Assembly: GCA_041497675.1 (NCBI GenBank)
Contig: JBGQGY010000024.1
Coordinates: 1 to 36,365, forward strand
Direction of reading: 5' to 3'
DNA length: 36,365 nt
Origin: a bacterium
GTDB taxonomy: Bacteria; Sysuimicrobiota; Sysuimicrobiia; Sysuimicrobiales; Humicultoraceae
The notes beneath the pieces were generated by a model. It had not been told where the DNA came from and ran no database searches. It saw only the letters and a list, made by a program, of their open reading frames with translations. Positions 17,065 through 27,009 of the stretch are shown here, one piece after another (within the stretch, counting starts at the first letter, position 1; the number at the start of each line of letters is the position of its first letter). The position numbers were made by a program, and so were the translations under genes.

Positions 17065-20000
17065 CCTCGGGCCGCTTCTCGCCGCTCAACTCACGCTTGA
17101 TCTGACGCAGGGTGAGGCGCCCGGCGTCGGGCCGGATGCCGTCGACCGCGCGCTCGCCGGACTCACCCCCCAGCAGCAGGCCGCCGTCACCCACGGCGAT
17201 GGACCGTTGCTGATCGTCGCCGGCGCGGGGACGGGCAAGACGACGGTGATCACGCGGCGTATTGCGTGGTTGATCGCGACCCGTCAGGCGAAGCCATCGG
17301 AGATCCTCGCCCTGACGTTCACTGAGAAAGCCGCCGCCGAAATGGAAAGCCGTGTCGACGAACTCGTGCCCTACGGCTACACCGATACGTGGATCAACAC
17401 GTTTCACGCGTTCGGCGACCGCATCTTGCGCGACCAGGCGCTCGAAGCCGGTCTCTCGCCTGACTTCAGGGTGTTGTCGCGCCCCGAGCAATTCATCTTC
17501 TTCCGAGACCGCCTCTTTGAAATGCCGCTCGACCGCTACCGGCCGCTTGGTGACCCCACGCGATACGTCGCGGCCATTCTCTCGCTGATCAGCCGCGCCA
17601 AGGACGAAGATATCTCATCCGGCGCCTACGAGGCGTACGCCACGGCGCTCGCGGCGAACGCGGGAGGCCCGTGTGCCCCGGCCGAGGTCGCCGATGCTGC
17701 GGCCGCGCACGGCGAGCTGGCGCGCACCTACAGCGCCTACCAGCGGCGGCTGCTCGAGTCCGGCCGGGTGGACTTCGGGGATCTCATCGTTCTCCCGCTC
17801 CACTTGCTGCGCGGGCGCACCGACATCCTCCAGCGATATCAGGATCGCTTCCGGTACATCCTGGTGGACGAGTTTCAGGACACCAACCACGCGCAATTTG
17901 AACTGGTCAAGCTGCTGGCGGCGTCGCATCGGAACATCACCGTGGTCGGCGACGACGACCAGAGCATCTACAAGTTCCGCGGGGCGGCAATCAGCAACAT
18001 CCTCGGCTTCGCCGCGGCCTATCCCGATGCCCGGCAGGTGGTGTTGACCGAGAACTTCAGGTCCCCTCAGTCGGTGCTGGACGCGGCGTATCGTTTGGTC
18101 CAACACAACAACCCGGACCGGCTGGAAGTGCGCAACAATCTTGACAAGCGGTTGGTGTCCCGAAAGGGAGAGGGAGCAGGGGTCCGGCATCTGCACTTTG
18201 ACGCGCTCACGACCGAGACCGACGCGGTCGCCGGGATAATCGCCGATCATGTGGCCGGCGGCGGGCGATGGGGCGATTGCGCCATCCTCGTCCGGGCGAA
18301 CCAGGACGCCGATCCGTTTCTGCGGGCGCTTAACATGCGCGGCATCCCCTGGTGGTTCTCGGGAACGCGAGGCCTGTACGATCGCGAAGAGGTTCGCGTC
18401 GTGCTGTCGTTTCTGCGTGTGCTCGCGAGCCCCTCGGACAACCTGAGTCTCTACTATCTTGGCACCTCGCCGCTCTACCTCATCGATGCGACGGACATGG
18501 CCCGGGCGCTGTCCTATGCGACGCGGCGAAACCGTTCGCTCGAGCACCTCTTCCGCAACCTCAAGGGTGTGCCCGAGCTCTCGGCTGAACTCTCACCGGA
18601 AAGCCACGCCGCGATCGGCCGTCTGGTCGAAGATCTGGACGAGATGCGCCGGTTCATGCGGCATCACGCGTCCGGTCGTGTTCTGTACGAGTATCTGGTC
18701 GCACGGACCGGGTACATTCGACGGCTGGCCACGTCGGGGCAACCCGGCGACGAAGCTAAAGTCGCCAACCTGGCCCGTCTGTTCGACATCGTCGCGCGCC
18801 ACGGCGAGGTGGCGCTGTACGATCGTGTGCCAGAGTTAATCCACCGCATGGACGACCTGATCGCGGCCGGCGACGATCCGCCGCTGCCCGATCCCGACCC
18901 CGATTTTGACGGCGTCCAAGTCCTGACCGTGCACAAGGCGAAGGGGCTGGAGTTCCCGATCGTCTTCGTCGTGGGCTGCGTCGCCGATAAGTTTCCCGCG
19001 CGCGGCCGTAGCGAGCCGCTCGAGCTCCCCGACGAGTTGGTTCGAGATCGAGAGGTGCTGCCGTCTGGCGACAGCCATCTGCAGGAGGAGCGGCGGCTGT
19101 TCTATGTCGGTATGACGCGGGCAAAGCAGACGCTCGTCCTGACGAGCGGCCGCGACTACGGTGGGGTGCGGCCCCGCAAGGTCAGCCGCTTTGTGCTCGA
19201 GGCGCTGGACGCGGCGGTCGCCGACCAGACCGGGTTTCGCGTGTCGCCCATCGAGGCCATTCACCGGAACGCGCCACCGGCGGAAGCACAGCAGGTGCTG
19301 GACGGCGTCCTGCCACCCGACGCACCCATCAATGTGTCGTTCCGGCAGGTCGATGACTACGAGATCTGCCCGCTGAAGTACAAGTATGCGCACATCCTGC
19401 GTGTGCCGCTCCTCCGCGATCACCGCATCGTTTACGGCAGCGCGGTCCACGAGGGCGCCCTCGAGTACAACCGCCGCCGGGCGCGCGGGCAGCCGGTGAC
19501 CGTCGATGACCTGATCCGCAGGTATGAGAACGCGTGGGTCAACGACGGGTTCATCAGCCGCGAGCACGAGGACCAGCGGATGGAGGAGGGGCGGGTGGTG
19601 CTCCATCGCTTTCTGGAGTTCCAGCTCGCTAGTGGCACCGTCCCCACCATCGTGGAAGGCAAGTTTGCGTTTTCCCTGGGCCAGACGAGGGTGCGGGGGC
19701 GGTGGGATCGCGTGGATCTCCGTAGGAACCCCGGGCACCCACGGGGCGAAGACGTTGTGATCATCGACTTCAAGACCAGCGACGTCCGCACGCAGAAGGA
19801 CGCCGATCGCCGCGCGAAGGAGAGCGAGCAGCTCGCGATCTACGCCCTCGCGTACCAGCGACACTACAACCGGATGCCCGACCGGCTCGAACTCCACTTC
19901 CTCGGGCCCCAGCAGGTATTGGTGGGCTCGACGACGCCGAACGACGCCATGCTGGCAGAAGCCTCCGAATCCATCCAGCGGGCGGCGGCGGGCATCAGGG

Positions 20001-20092
20001 CTCAGAACTTCGTTGCCACCCCAGACTTCTACCGCGCCTGCCGGTACTGTGCGTTTCAGCAGATCTGTCCCTACACGGCACGAGAGGACTAG
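17045..20092 (+). CDS. UvrD/PcrA-type SF1 helicase fused to a C-terminal PD-(D/E)XK nuclease with four Cys (AdnB/AddA-like)
   Basis: Helicase motifs AGAGTGKT, LTFTEKAA, VDEFQD, VGDDDQSIYKFRGA, LTENFRS, TVHKAKGLEF and EERRLFYVGMTRA. Nuclease motifs ICPLKY, GRWDRVD, IIDFKT, QLAIY and CRYCAFQQIC. Start placed at ATG 17045, overlapping the recX end. Confidence 0.9.
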   Translation: MPVPQRDLGPLLAAQLTLDLTQGEAPGVGPDAVDRALAGLTPQQQAAVTHGDGPLLIVAGAGTGKTTVITRRIAWLIATRQAKPSEILALTFTEKAAAEMESRVDELVPYGYTDTWINTFHAFGDRILRDQALEAGLSPDFRVLSRPEQFIFFRDRLFEMPLDRYRPLGDPTRYVAAILSLISRAKDEDISSGAYEAYATALAANAGGPCAPAEVADAAAAHGELARTYSAYQRRLLESGRVDFGDLIVLPLHLLRGRTDILQRYQDRFRYILVDEFQDTNHAQFELVKLLAASHRNITVVGDDDQSIYKFRGAAISNILGFAAAYPDARQVVLTENFRSPQSVLDAAYRLVQHNNPDRLEVRNNLDKRLVSRKGEGAGVRHLHFDALTTETDAVAGIIADHVAGGGRWGDCAILVRANQDADPFLRALNMRGIPWWFSGTRGLYDREEVRVVLSFLRVLASPSDNLSLYYLGTSPLYLIDATDMARALSYATRRNRSLEHLFRNLKGVPELSAELSPESHAAIGRLVEDLDEMRRFMRHHASGRVLYEYLVARTGYIRRLATSGQPGDEAKVANLARLFDIVARHGEVALYDRVPELIHRMDDLIAAGDDPPLPDPDPDFDGVQVLTVHKAKGLEFPIVFVVGCVADKFPARGRSEPLELPDELVRDREVLPSGDSHLQEERRLFYVGMTRAKQTLVLTSGRDYGGVRPRKVSRFVLEALDAAVADQTGFRVSPIEAIHRNAPPAEAQQVLDGVLPPDAPINVSFRQVDDYEICPLKYKYAHILRVPLLRDHRIVYGSAVHEGALEYNRRRARGQPVTVDDLIRRYENAWVNDGFISREHEDQRMEEGRVVLHRFLEFQLASGTVPTIVEGKFAFSLGQTRVRGRWDRVDLRRNPGHPRGEDVVIIDFKTSDVRTQKDADRRAKESEQLAIYALAYQRHYNRMPDRLELHFLGPQQVLVGSTTPNDAMLAEASESIQRAAAGIRAQNFVATPDFYRACRYCAFQQICPYTARED

Positions 20093-20122
20093 ACCGGGTC
20101 ACGCTGGGAGCGGTTCGCTTCA

Positions 20123-20152
20123 TTGACACTGTTTGCATGGCCTCGGTACAAT
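20123..20152 (+). promoter_or_regulatory. Candidate sigma70/sigmaA promoter for rny and downstream genes
   Basis: TTGACA (20123-20128), 18 nt spacer, TACAAT (20147-20152), in an AT-richer intergenic patch. Confidence 0.75.
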
Positions 20153-20234
20153 AAAGTGATATGGACGGCACGCACGAAGCGACCCTGAACAACGGAGGGT
20201 GATGCGCGCGCGAGGGAACTGACAACCGAGGGAG

Positions 20235-21785
20235 GTGTCCACCATCGACACTTTGGGCCCTTACATCATTACGGTCGGAGTGGGCCTGTTTGCGTTCCTC
20301 CTCGGGTACCTCCTGCGCCGGACCATCGCCGAGGCGCGAATCAAGTCGGCAGAAGAGGCGGCTCGCCGGATTGTTGAAGAAGCACACAAGGAGGCCGAGG
20401 CCAACCAGCGTGAGAGCGTGGTTGAGGCGAAAGATGAGGCCTTCAAACTCAAGCGAGAAGCCGAGCGGGAGATCCGCGAGCAGCGGGCGGAACTCCAGCG
20501 CCTAGAACGGCGGTTGGTGCAGCGAGAGGAGAACCTGGAGCGGAAGCTGGAAGGGTTCGAGAAGCGGGAACGTCATCAAGCGGAGGACGAGCAGCGGGTC
20601 AATCAACTGAAGGAAGAGGCTGAACGGTTCAGGCGAGACCAAGAGACGGAACTCCAGCGCGTTGCCGGCTTGTCGGCTGAAGAGGCGCGGTCGCAGTTGT
20701 TGGCGGCCGTCGAAGGTAACACACGCAGCGAAGCCGCTCAACTGGTTCGCCGGATCGAAAATGAGGCCCGCGACGAGGGCGACCGCCGGGCGCGGGATAT
20801 CCTGGCCCTCGCTATCCAGCGGTGCGCCGCCGAGCACACGGCGGAGGTCACGGTCTCCGTCGTCCCTCTACCCAACGACGAGATGAAAGGCCGCATTATC
20901 GGGCGGGAGGGGCGGAACATCCGTTCCTTGGAAGCCCTGACCGGGGTTGATCTGATCGTGGATGATACCCCGGAGGCTGTCACGATTTCCTCGTTCGATC
21001 CCATCCGCCGTGAAGTCGCCAGAATCGCCTTGGAGAAACTGATGGTCGACGGCCGGATCCACCCGGGCCGGATCGAAGAGGTCGTCGAAAAGGCCCAGCG
21101 CGATCTGGAGGAAAGGGTTCGCGAAGACGGCGAGCAGGCCGCCTACGAGGCCGGCGTCCACGGCCTTCACCCGGAAGAGATCAAAGTCCTGGGCCGGCTT
21201 CGGTACCGGTTTTCCTACGGCCAAAATCTGATGCGGCACTCGATTGAAGTGTCACTGCTCTCCGGGCTGCTCGCGGATCATCTGGGCGCCGATCCCAAAC
21301 TGGCGCGGCGGGCCGGCCTGCTGCACGATATCGGCAAGGCGCTCACCCACGAAGTCGAGGGATCGCACGTGACCATCGGCGCAGACCTGTGCCGCCGTTA
21401 TCACGAACCACCTGAAGTGCTCAACGCCATCATGTACCACCACGGGGAAGAAGAGGCGACGTGTCTGGAGGCGGTGCTTGTGGCCGCCGCCGATGCGATT
21501 TCGGCCAGCCGGCCCGGCGCGCGGAAAGAGTCCGTCGAGATGTACATCAAGCGCCTCCAGAACCTGGAAGAACTGGCCACGTCGTTCCCGGGTGTGGAGA
21601 AGGCATTCGCCATCCAGGCCGGGCGTGAGATTCGCGTCATCGTGCGGCCGACCGAGATCGATGACGTGGGCGCGAGCGCGCTGGCGCGCGACATCGCGCG
21701 TAAGATCGAGCAGGACCTGGAATTCCCGGGACAGATCAAGGTCACGGTGCTCCGCGAGACCCGAGTGATAGAGTACGCGCGGTGA
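20235..21785 (+). CDS. rny: Ribonuclease Y
   Basis: N-terminal TM anchor, coiled coil, KH domain ([14 protein letters not shown]), HD domain ([21 protein letters not shown]) and C-terminal QAGREIRV. Confidence 0.97.
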   Translation: MSTIDTLGPYIITVGVGLFAFLLGYLLRRTIAEARIKSAEEAARRIVEEAHKEAEANQRESVVEAKDEAFKLKREAEREIREQRAELQRLERRLVQREENLERKLEGFEKRERHQAEDEQRVNQLKEEAERFRRDQETELQRVAGLSAEEARSQLLAAVEGNTRSEAAQLVRRIENEARDEGDRRARDILALAIQRCAAEHTAEVTVSVVPLPNDEMKGRIIGREGRNIRSLEALTGVDLIVDDTPEAVTISSFDPIRREVARIALEKLMVDGRIHPGRIEEVVEKAQRDLEERVREDGEQAAYEAGVHGLHPEEIKVLGRLRYRFSYGQNLMRHSIEVSLLSGLLADHLGADPKLARRAGLLHDIGKALTHEVEGSHVTIGADLCRRYHEPPEVLNAIMYHHGEEEATCLEAVLVAAADAISASRPGARKESVEMYIKRLQNLEELATSFPGVEKAFAIQAGREIRVIVRPTEIDDVGASALARDIARKIEQDLEFPGQIKVTVLRETRVIEYAR

Positions 21786-21789
21786 TCGC

Positions 21790-22572
21790 GTGAGAGTGCT
21801 CTTTATCGGGGATGTCGTTGGGCGGCCCGGCAGGCGCGTGCTAGCGACGCGCCTATCCGGGCTGCGGCGCGCGCACGCCGCGGACGTCGTGATCGCCAAC
21901 GGCGAGAACTCGGCCGGTGGTGTGGGGCTGTCGGGCGAGGCGGCCGCCGAGCTGTTCGCGGCCGGCGTCGACATCCTGACGGGCGGCAATCATGTCTGGC
22001 ACAACCGAGAGGTGTACGACCTGCTCGACAGCGAACCGCGAATCGTCCGGCCCGCCAACTTTCCGCCCGGGGTCCCCGGACGCGGCGCCGCGGTCGTGCA
22101 AACCCCGGCAGGGCACAAAGTCGGTGTGCTGAATCTGCAGGGCCGTGTGTTCATGCAGGAAATCGACGACCCGTTTCGCATTGGCCGTCAGCAGGCGGCC
22201 GTGCTGCGCGGGAACGTGCCCGTGGTCATCGTCGACATGCACGCGGAGGCTACGTCCGAGAAGATCGCCATGGGATGGTACCTCGACGGCCGGGTGAGCG
22301 CCGTCGTGGGCACGCACACGCATGTGCAGACCGCCGACGAGCGCATCTTGCCGGAGGGCACCGCGTACATCAGCGACGTGGGGATGACGGGACCGCGCGA
22401 CGGTGTCATCGGGATGGCGCGTGAGGGCATCATCGAGCGGTTCCTGACGCAGCTGCCGGTGCGCTTTCAGGTGGCCTCAGGTCCGGCGCAGATCAACGGG
22501 GTGCTGATCGACGTGGCCGGCGATGGCCGAGCGCAATCCATCGAGCGGATTGCACTCATCGATGAGTCGTAG
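21790..22572 (+). CDS. ymdB: YmdB/TIGR00282-family metallophosphoesterase
   Basis: Motifs FIGDVVG, NGENS, GGNH, DMHAEATSEK, GTHTHVQTAD and DVGMTG; directly after rny. Confidence 0.93.
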   Translation: MRVLFIGDVVGRPGRRVLATRLSGLRRAHAADVVIANGENSAGGVGLSGEAAAELFAAGVDILTGGNHVWHNREVYDLLDSEPRIVRPANFPPGVPGRGAAVVQTPAGHKVGVLNLQGRVFMQEIDDPFRIGRQQAAVLRGNVPVVIVDMHAEATSEKIAMGWYLDGRVSAVVGTHTHVQTADERILPEGTAYISDVGMTGPRDGVIGMAREGIIERFLTQLPVRFQVASGPAQINGVLIDVAGDGRAQSIERIALIDES

Positions 22573-22580
22573 CGGCTGGC

Positions 22581-23444
22581 ATGCGAATCGATCTGCACAC
22601 GCACACGACGGCGTCAGACGGTCTGCTGGATGCGCCGGCGCTGGTCGGAGCGGCCGCGGCCCGCGGGGTGGGGTTGCTGGCCGTGTCGGATCACGACAGT
22701 ACCGCCTCAGTGGATGAGGCGATCGCAGCCGGGCGGCGGGCGGGTGTGGAGGTCTGGCCGGCCGTCGAGCTGTCCTGCGATGTGGAGGCCGGCGAAGTCC
22801 ACATGCTGGGTTACCTCCTCGACCACCACCTGGACTGGTTTGAGGCGCTGCTGGTACGGTTACGGGACGGCCGCGTCGCCCGCGCCGAGCGTATGGTCGA
22901 GAAGCTCGCAGCGATTGGCGTGCCGATCGACTACGCCCGCGTCGAGACGCTGGCCGCCGGTGGGGCCATTGGCCGCCCGCACGTTGCGCGGGTGCTGGTA
23001 GAGGCCGGATGGGTGAAAGAGCCGGCGGAGGCCTTTGACAGGTTCATCGGACGGGGCGGGCCGGCGTACGTGGAGCGCGTCAAGGTGACGCCGGCGGAAG
23101 CGGTCGCGATCATTCGGGCGGCCGGGGGCCTGGCGGTGTTTGCGCATCCCGGGTGGGCCCGCCGCGACGAGTGGGTGGCCGAACTGGTGCCCGCGGGGCT
23201 CGATGGCATCGAAGTGTACTATCCTGATCACGGCCATGAGATGATCATGCACTACCTGGCGCTGGCGCGTCAGTACGGTTTACTGGTCACCGGCGGGACC
23301 GATTTTCACGGCGGGGCGCTCGCCACACGCGTCCCGGTCGGCAGTCAGTACGTCCCGGAGGAGATCGTTCCACCGATGAGGGAGCGGGCGGCCACGCGGC
23401 GGCCGGCAAGAGTCGCGCCGCAGATGGCACTGTCGGTCGAGTAG
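22581..23444 (+). CDS. PHP-domain phosphoesterase (YciV/TrpH/RNase AM-like)
   Basis: Motifs DLHTHTTASDG, SDHD, EVHMLGY, GRPHVA, AHPG and GGTDFHG. Confidence 0.88.
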   Translation: MRIDLHTHTTASDGLLDAPALVGAAAARGVGLLAVSDHDSTASVDEAIAAGRRAGVEVWPAVELSCDVEAGEVHMLGYLLDHHLDWFEALLVRLRDGRVARAERMVEKLAAIGVPIDYARVETLAAGGAIGRPHVARVLVEAGWVKEPAEAFDRFIGRGGPAYVERVKVTPAEAVAIIRAAGGLAVFAHPGWARRDEWVAELVPAGLDGIEVYYPDHGHEMIMHYLALARQYGLLVTGGTDFHGGALATRVPVGSQYVPEEIVPPMRERAATRRPARVAPQMALSVE

Positions 23445-23473
23445 GCTGACGGTCTTCGAGAGGAGTCGATCTC

Positions 23474-23686
23474 ATGCGATGCCCGAAGTGTGCACAGGAG
23501 AACCCGACGGGGAAGATCGTGTGCAGCCGGTGCGGTACCAGACTCCGTCCCGGCGCCGGCCCCGCGATGGTGGCCGTGACCCCCGAACGATTCATGGCCT
23601 GGCTGCGCGCGGACCTGGTCAAGCTGGCCGTGGTGCTCGTGATCGTGACGGTCATGGCCGTGGCGCTCGGCACCTTGGTACGATAA
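23474..23686 (+). CDS. Small zinc-ribbon protein with a C-terminal transmembrane helix
   Basis: CPKC-x10-CSRC, then hydrophobic LAVVLVIVTVMAVALGTLV. RBS GAGAGGAG; fills the gap between the PHP gene and selA. Confidence 0.75.
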   Translation: MRCPKCAQENPTGKIVCSRCGTRLRPGAGPAMVAVTPERFMAWLRADLVKLAVVLVIVTVMAVALGTLVR

Positions 23687-23699
23687 CCCCCCGCCAGTG

Positions 23700-25088
23700 A
23701 TGGCAGAGTCCGCGCTGCGCGCGCTCCCCTCGGTCGAGCGCCTCGTCGTGGCGCTCGAGGCGGCGGGGCTGTTGGGCGCGGTGCCGCGGCGCGCGGCGAC
23801 GATATGCGCCAGGGAGGTCGTCGATCGGGCCCGCCAGCGTCTCAAGCGCGAGGGCGGCGTCGCGACGGTGGACGCCCTGGTGGAGGAAGTCGCCGCGCTG
23901 ATCCGGCGACGATTCGACGGCACCCTGCGCCGCGCCGTGAACGCCACCGGGATCGTCCTGCACACGAACCTCGGGCGCGCCCCGCTGTCGTCTGCGGCCC
24001 AGGCGGCGGCCGCAGGCGCGGCGTCCGGCTACAGCACGCTCGAAATCGATCTGGCCGAAGGCTCGCGCGGCAGCCGTCACGCGCACGTCGAGGGGCTGCT
24101 CACCGCCGTGACCGGCGCCGAGGCCGGTTTCGCCGTGAACAACAACGCCTCGGCCGTGATGCTGGCGCTCGCGGCGCTTGGTGGGGGCCGCGAGGTTGTC
24201 GTCGCCCGCGGTGAGCTTGTCGAGATCGGCGGCAACTTCCGCATGCCGGACGTCATGGCGCAGAGCGGCGCACGCTTGGTCGAGGTCGGCACCACCAACC
24301 GGACCTACGCCGCAGACTACGAGTCCGCCATCACGCCGGCGACCGGACTGCTGCTCAAGGTGCATCGCAGCAACTTCACCGTGCAGGGGTTCGTCCACGA
24401 AGCCTCGCTTGAGGATCTGGTTGCGGTGGGCCGGCGGCACGCGCTGCCGGTCGCCTACGATCTGGGGAGCGGGTGCCTGGTCGATCTGCGGAGGGCCGGG
24501 CTGCCGGTTGAACCGACGGTGCAGGCCGCCGTGGCCGTCGCCGTCGATCTCGTGCTGTTCAGCGGTGACAAGATGCTGGGCGGTCCGCAGGCCGGCATAC
24601 TTGTGGGGGCTCGGGCCGCGGTCGAGCGGTGCAAGAAGCATCCGCTCGCCCGGGCCGTGCGTTTGGACAAGCTTGACCTGGCCGCGTTAGCTGCGACCCT
24701 GCGCGCGTATCTCGATCCCGAGGTGGCCTGGCGCGAGATCCCCATCCTGGCGTTGCTGGCCACCTCGCCTGTGGCACGACGCCGGAAGGCGGCGAGACTG
24801 GCCAGGTCTCTCGGCAGGGCGCTGGGTACGCACGCCTCTGTCGACGTCGTGCCGACGCAGGGCGAGATGGGTGGTGGATCGCTGCCCGGTGTCGTGATCC
24901 CCTCGTCGGCGGTGGCCATGCGCCCCGCCACCGCCCGCGCCGAAGACTGGATCGCGCGGCTTCGCGCAAGTCCCACGCCGGTCATCGCCGTGCTCCGTGA
25001 GGGCGCGGTGCTGCTCGATGTGCTCGCGTTGCTTCCTGGGGATGAACGCCTGGTGCTGGCCGCCGCGCGCGGTCTGACCGGCGGCTGA
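23700..25088 (+). CDS. selA: L-seryl-tRNA(Sec) selenium transferase
   Basis: Motifs VNATGIVLHTNLGRAPL, VNNNA, RGELVEIGG.FR.PDVM, EVGTTNRT, KVHRSNF, DLGSG and FSGDKMLGGPQAG (PLP Lys). Confidence 0.97.
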   Translation: MAESALRALPSVERLVVALEAAGLLGAVPRRAATICAREVVDRARQRLKREGGVATVDALVEEVAALIRRRFDGTLRRAVNATGIVLHTNLGRAPLSSAAQAAAAGAASGYSTLEIDLAEGSRGSRHAHVEGLLTAVTGAEAGFAVNNNASAVMLALAALGGGREVVVARGELVEIGGNFRMPDVMAQSGARLVEVGTTNRTYAADYESAITPATGLLLKVHRSNFTVQGFVHEASLEDLVAVGRRHALPVAYDLGSGCLVDLRRAGLPVEPTVQAAVAVAVDLVLFSGDKMLGGPQAGILVGARAAVERCKKHPLARAVRLDKLDLAALAATLRAYLDPEVAWREIPILALLATSPVARRRKAARLARSLGRALGTHASVDVVPTQGEMGGGSLPGVVIPSSAVAMRPATARAEDWIARLRASPTPVIAVLREGAVLLDVLALLPGDERLVLAAARGLTGG

Positions 25089-27001
25089 TGCGTCCAGTCA
25101 CGATCGGCACCGCGGGGCACATCGATCACGGGAAAAGTGCCCTGGTGCACGCGCTGACCGGCATCGATCCCGACCGCCTCGCCGAAGAGCAACGCCGCGG
25201 CATGACCCTCGATCTGGGATTCGCGCACCTCGATCTGCCAAGCGGGCAACGGGTCGGGATCATCGACGTGCCCGGTCACGAGGCGTTGATCCACAACATG
25301 CTCGCGGGCGCCGGTGGGATCGATCTCGTCATGCTCGTTGTGGCCGCGGATGAAGGCGTGATGCCGCAGACACGCGAGCACCTCGACATCGCGCGATTTC
25401 TTCCGATCGCCGGCGGGGTGGTCGTGTTGACGAAGATCGACCTCGTTCAGGATTCCGAGTGGCTGGCGGCGGTGGAGGAGGAGGTGCGTTCCCTCGTCGC
25501 GGGCACGGTCCTGGAATCCGCACCGGTCGTCGGCGTGTCGGCAAAAACAGGGGTGGGGCTCCCCGACCTCGTTGCGGCCCTGGACCGCCTGGTGGCGGTC
25601 GTGCCGGATCGTCCCGCCGACGGTCCGGTCCGTTTGCCGATCGATCGGTCGTTTACGATTCAAGGGTTTGGCACCGTCGTGACCGGCACGCTGTGGACCG
25701 GGACGATCAGGCAGGGTGACTTGCTCCGGATCCTGCCGCAGGGCCGCGACGTCCGGGTGCGGGGAGTCCAGGTGCACGGGCAGCTCGTCGCCGAGGCGCG
25801 GGCCGGGAGCCGGGTCGCAGCCAATCTGGCCGGCGTGGAGAAAGACGAGGTGGGCCGGGGCGACGTCCTCTCGACGTCTGATGCGTTTACGACCACCAAC
25901 CGGCTCGACGTACGGATGCGGCTCCTGCCGGGTGCCCCGCCCGTAGGGCACGCCTCTCGCGTCCATGTCCATCTGGGCGCGGGCGAGGCCGTCGCGCGCG
26001 TGGCGATGGTCGACCGGGCGCGCCTCGCACCCGGTGACGAGGCCCTGGTACAGCTGCGCCTTGACCGTCAGGTCGTAGCGGTGCACGGCGACCGATTCAT
26101 CGTCCGCCGCTACTCGCCCACCCACACCCTTGGTGGGGGCGTCGTCGTGCAGGTCTCTCCGCCGCGGAGGCGGAGGGGCGCTGCGGCCGAAGCGCTGCGC
26201 GCCGTGGAAGAGACGGGGCCGGTGGCGCTCGTGGTCGCCGGAATCGCCGCGAGAGGACAGACGGGCATGCCGTCCTCGGAGGTGGCCAATGCCGCCGGGC
26301 TCGACGCCGCTGCGGCGAGCGCGGCGGTTGCCGCGGCGCGCGCGGCCGGGTCGGTGACCGCGATTGGAGAGCGGCTCTTTGCGACGTCGGTGATCGACGA
26401 TATCGCGCGAAAGGTCATTGAAACCCTTGCCGCCTACCACAAACGGATGGCTTGGCGCTCCGGCATGCCGCGCGATGAGCTGAAGGGCCGGGTGGTCGCG
26501 AGCGCCGACCGCGTTTTCGACCATGTCATGGGACTGTCGACGGCGCAGGGCACCATCATCGACCGCAGCGGGCTGATCAGCCTCTCGGGTCACGCGCCGA
26601 AAGTCGATGCCGGCGATGAGCGCGTCAAGACCGCCCTCAGGGCCGCGTTCGAAGGATCGGGCGCGTCACCACCGGCAGCGGATCAGCTGCGCGCGCTGGG
26701 AGATCCGCAGGCCGTGGGCCGGATGATACAGGCGTTGACCGACGAGCAGACGGTCGTCCGGGTCGCCCCGGATTTGACGTTTGCGGCTGCCACTGTCGAG
26801 GCGGTTCGGCGCACGGTGGTCGAGATGGCGCGGGGGGGGCACGACGTGACGGTCGCGTCCCTGCGCGATCGCCTTCAAACCAACCGGAAGTTCGCCCTGG
26901 CGTTGTTGGAATACTTCGACCGGATCAAAGTGACGCGCCGCGTGGGCGACCGGCGTGTCCTTGGGCTGCACGCCGATCACCCGGTGATACCGCCCCGCTA
27001 G
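25088..27001 (+). CDS. selB: Selenocysteine-specific translation elongation factor
   Basis: Motifs [30 protein letters not shown] and PIDRSF...GFGTVVTG; C-terminal winged helix [12 protein letters not shown]...TRRVGD. TGATG overlap with selA. Confidence 0.97.
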   Translation: MRPVTIGTAGHIDHGKSALVHALTGIDPDRLAEEQRRGMTLDLGFAHLDLPSGQRVGIIDVPGHEALIHNMLAGAGGIDLVMLVVAADEGVMPQTREHLDIARFLPIAGGVVVLTKIDLVQDSEWLAAVEEEVRSLVAGTVLESAPVVGVSAKTGVGLPDLVAALDRLVAVVPDRPADGPVRLPIDRSFTIQGFGTVVTGTLWTGTIRQGDLLRILPQGRDVRVRGVQVHGQLVAEARAGSRVAANLAGVEKDEVGRGDVLSTSDAFTTTNRLDVRMRLLPGAPPVGHASRVHVHLGAGEAVARVAMVDRARLAPGDEALVQLRLDRQVVAVHGDRFIVRRYSPTHTLGGGVVVQVSPPRRRRGAAAEALRAVEETGPVALVVAGIAARGQTGMPSSEVANAAGLDAAAASAAVAAARAAGSVTAIGERLFATSVIDDIARKVIETLAAYHKRMAWRSGMPRDELKGRVVASADRVFDHVMGLSTAQGTIIDRSGLISLSGHAPKVDAGDERVKTALRAAFEGSGASPPAADQLRALGDPQAVGRMIQALTDEQTVVRVAPDLTFAAATVEAVRRTVVEMARGGHDVTVASLRDRLQTNRKFALALLEYFDRIKVTRRVGDRRVLGLHADHPVIPPR

Positions 27002-27009
27002 ACGAGCCG

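Noticed and set aside
19320..20092. Cas4/CRISPR association of the 4-Cys nuclease domain
   Set aside because: The domain is fused to a UvrD helicase in a recA operon, and no cas genes or repeat-spacer array are visible.
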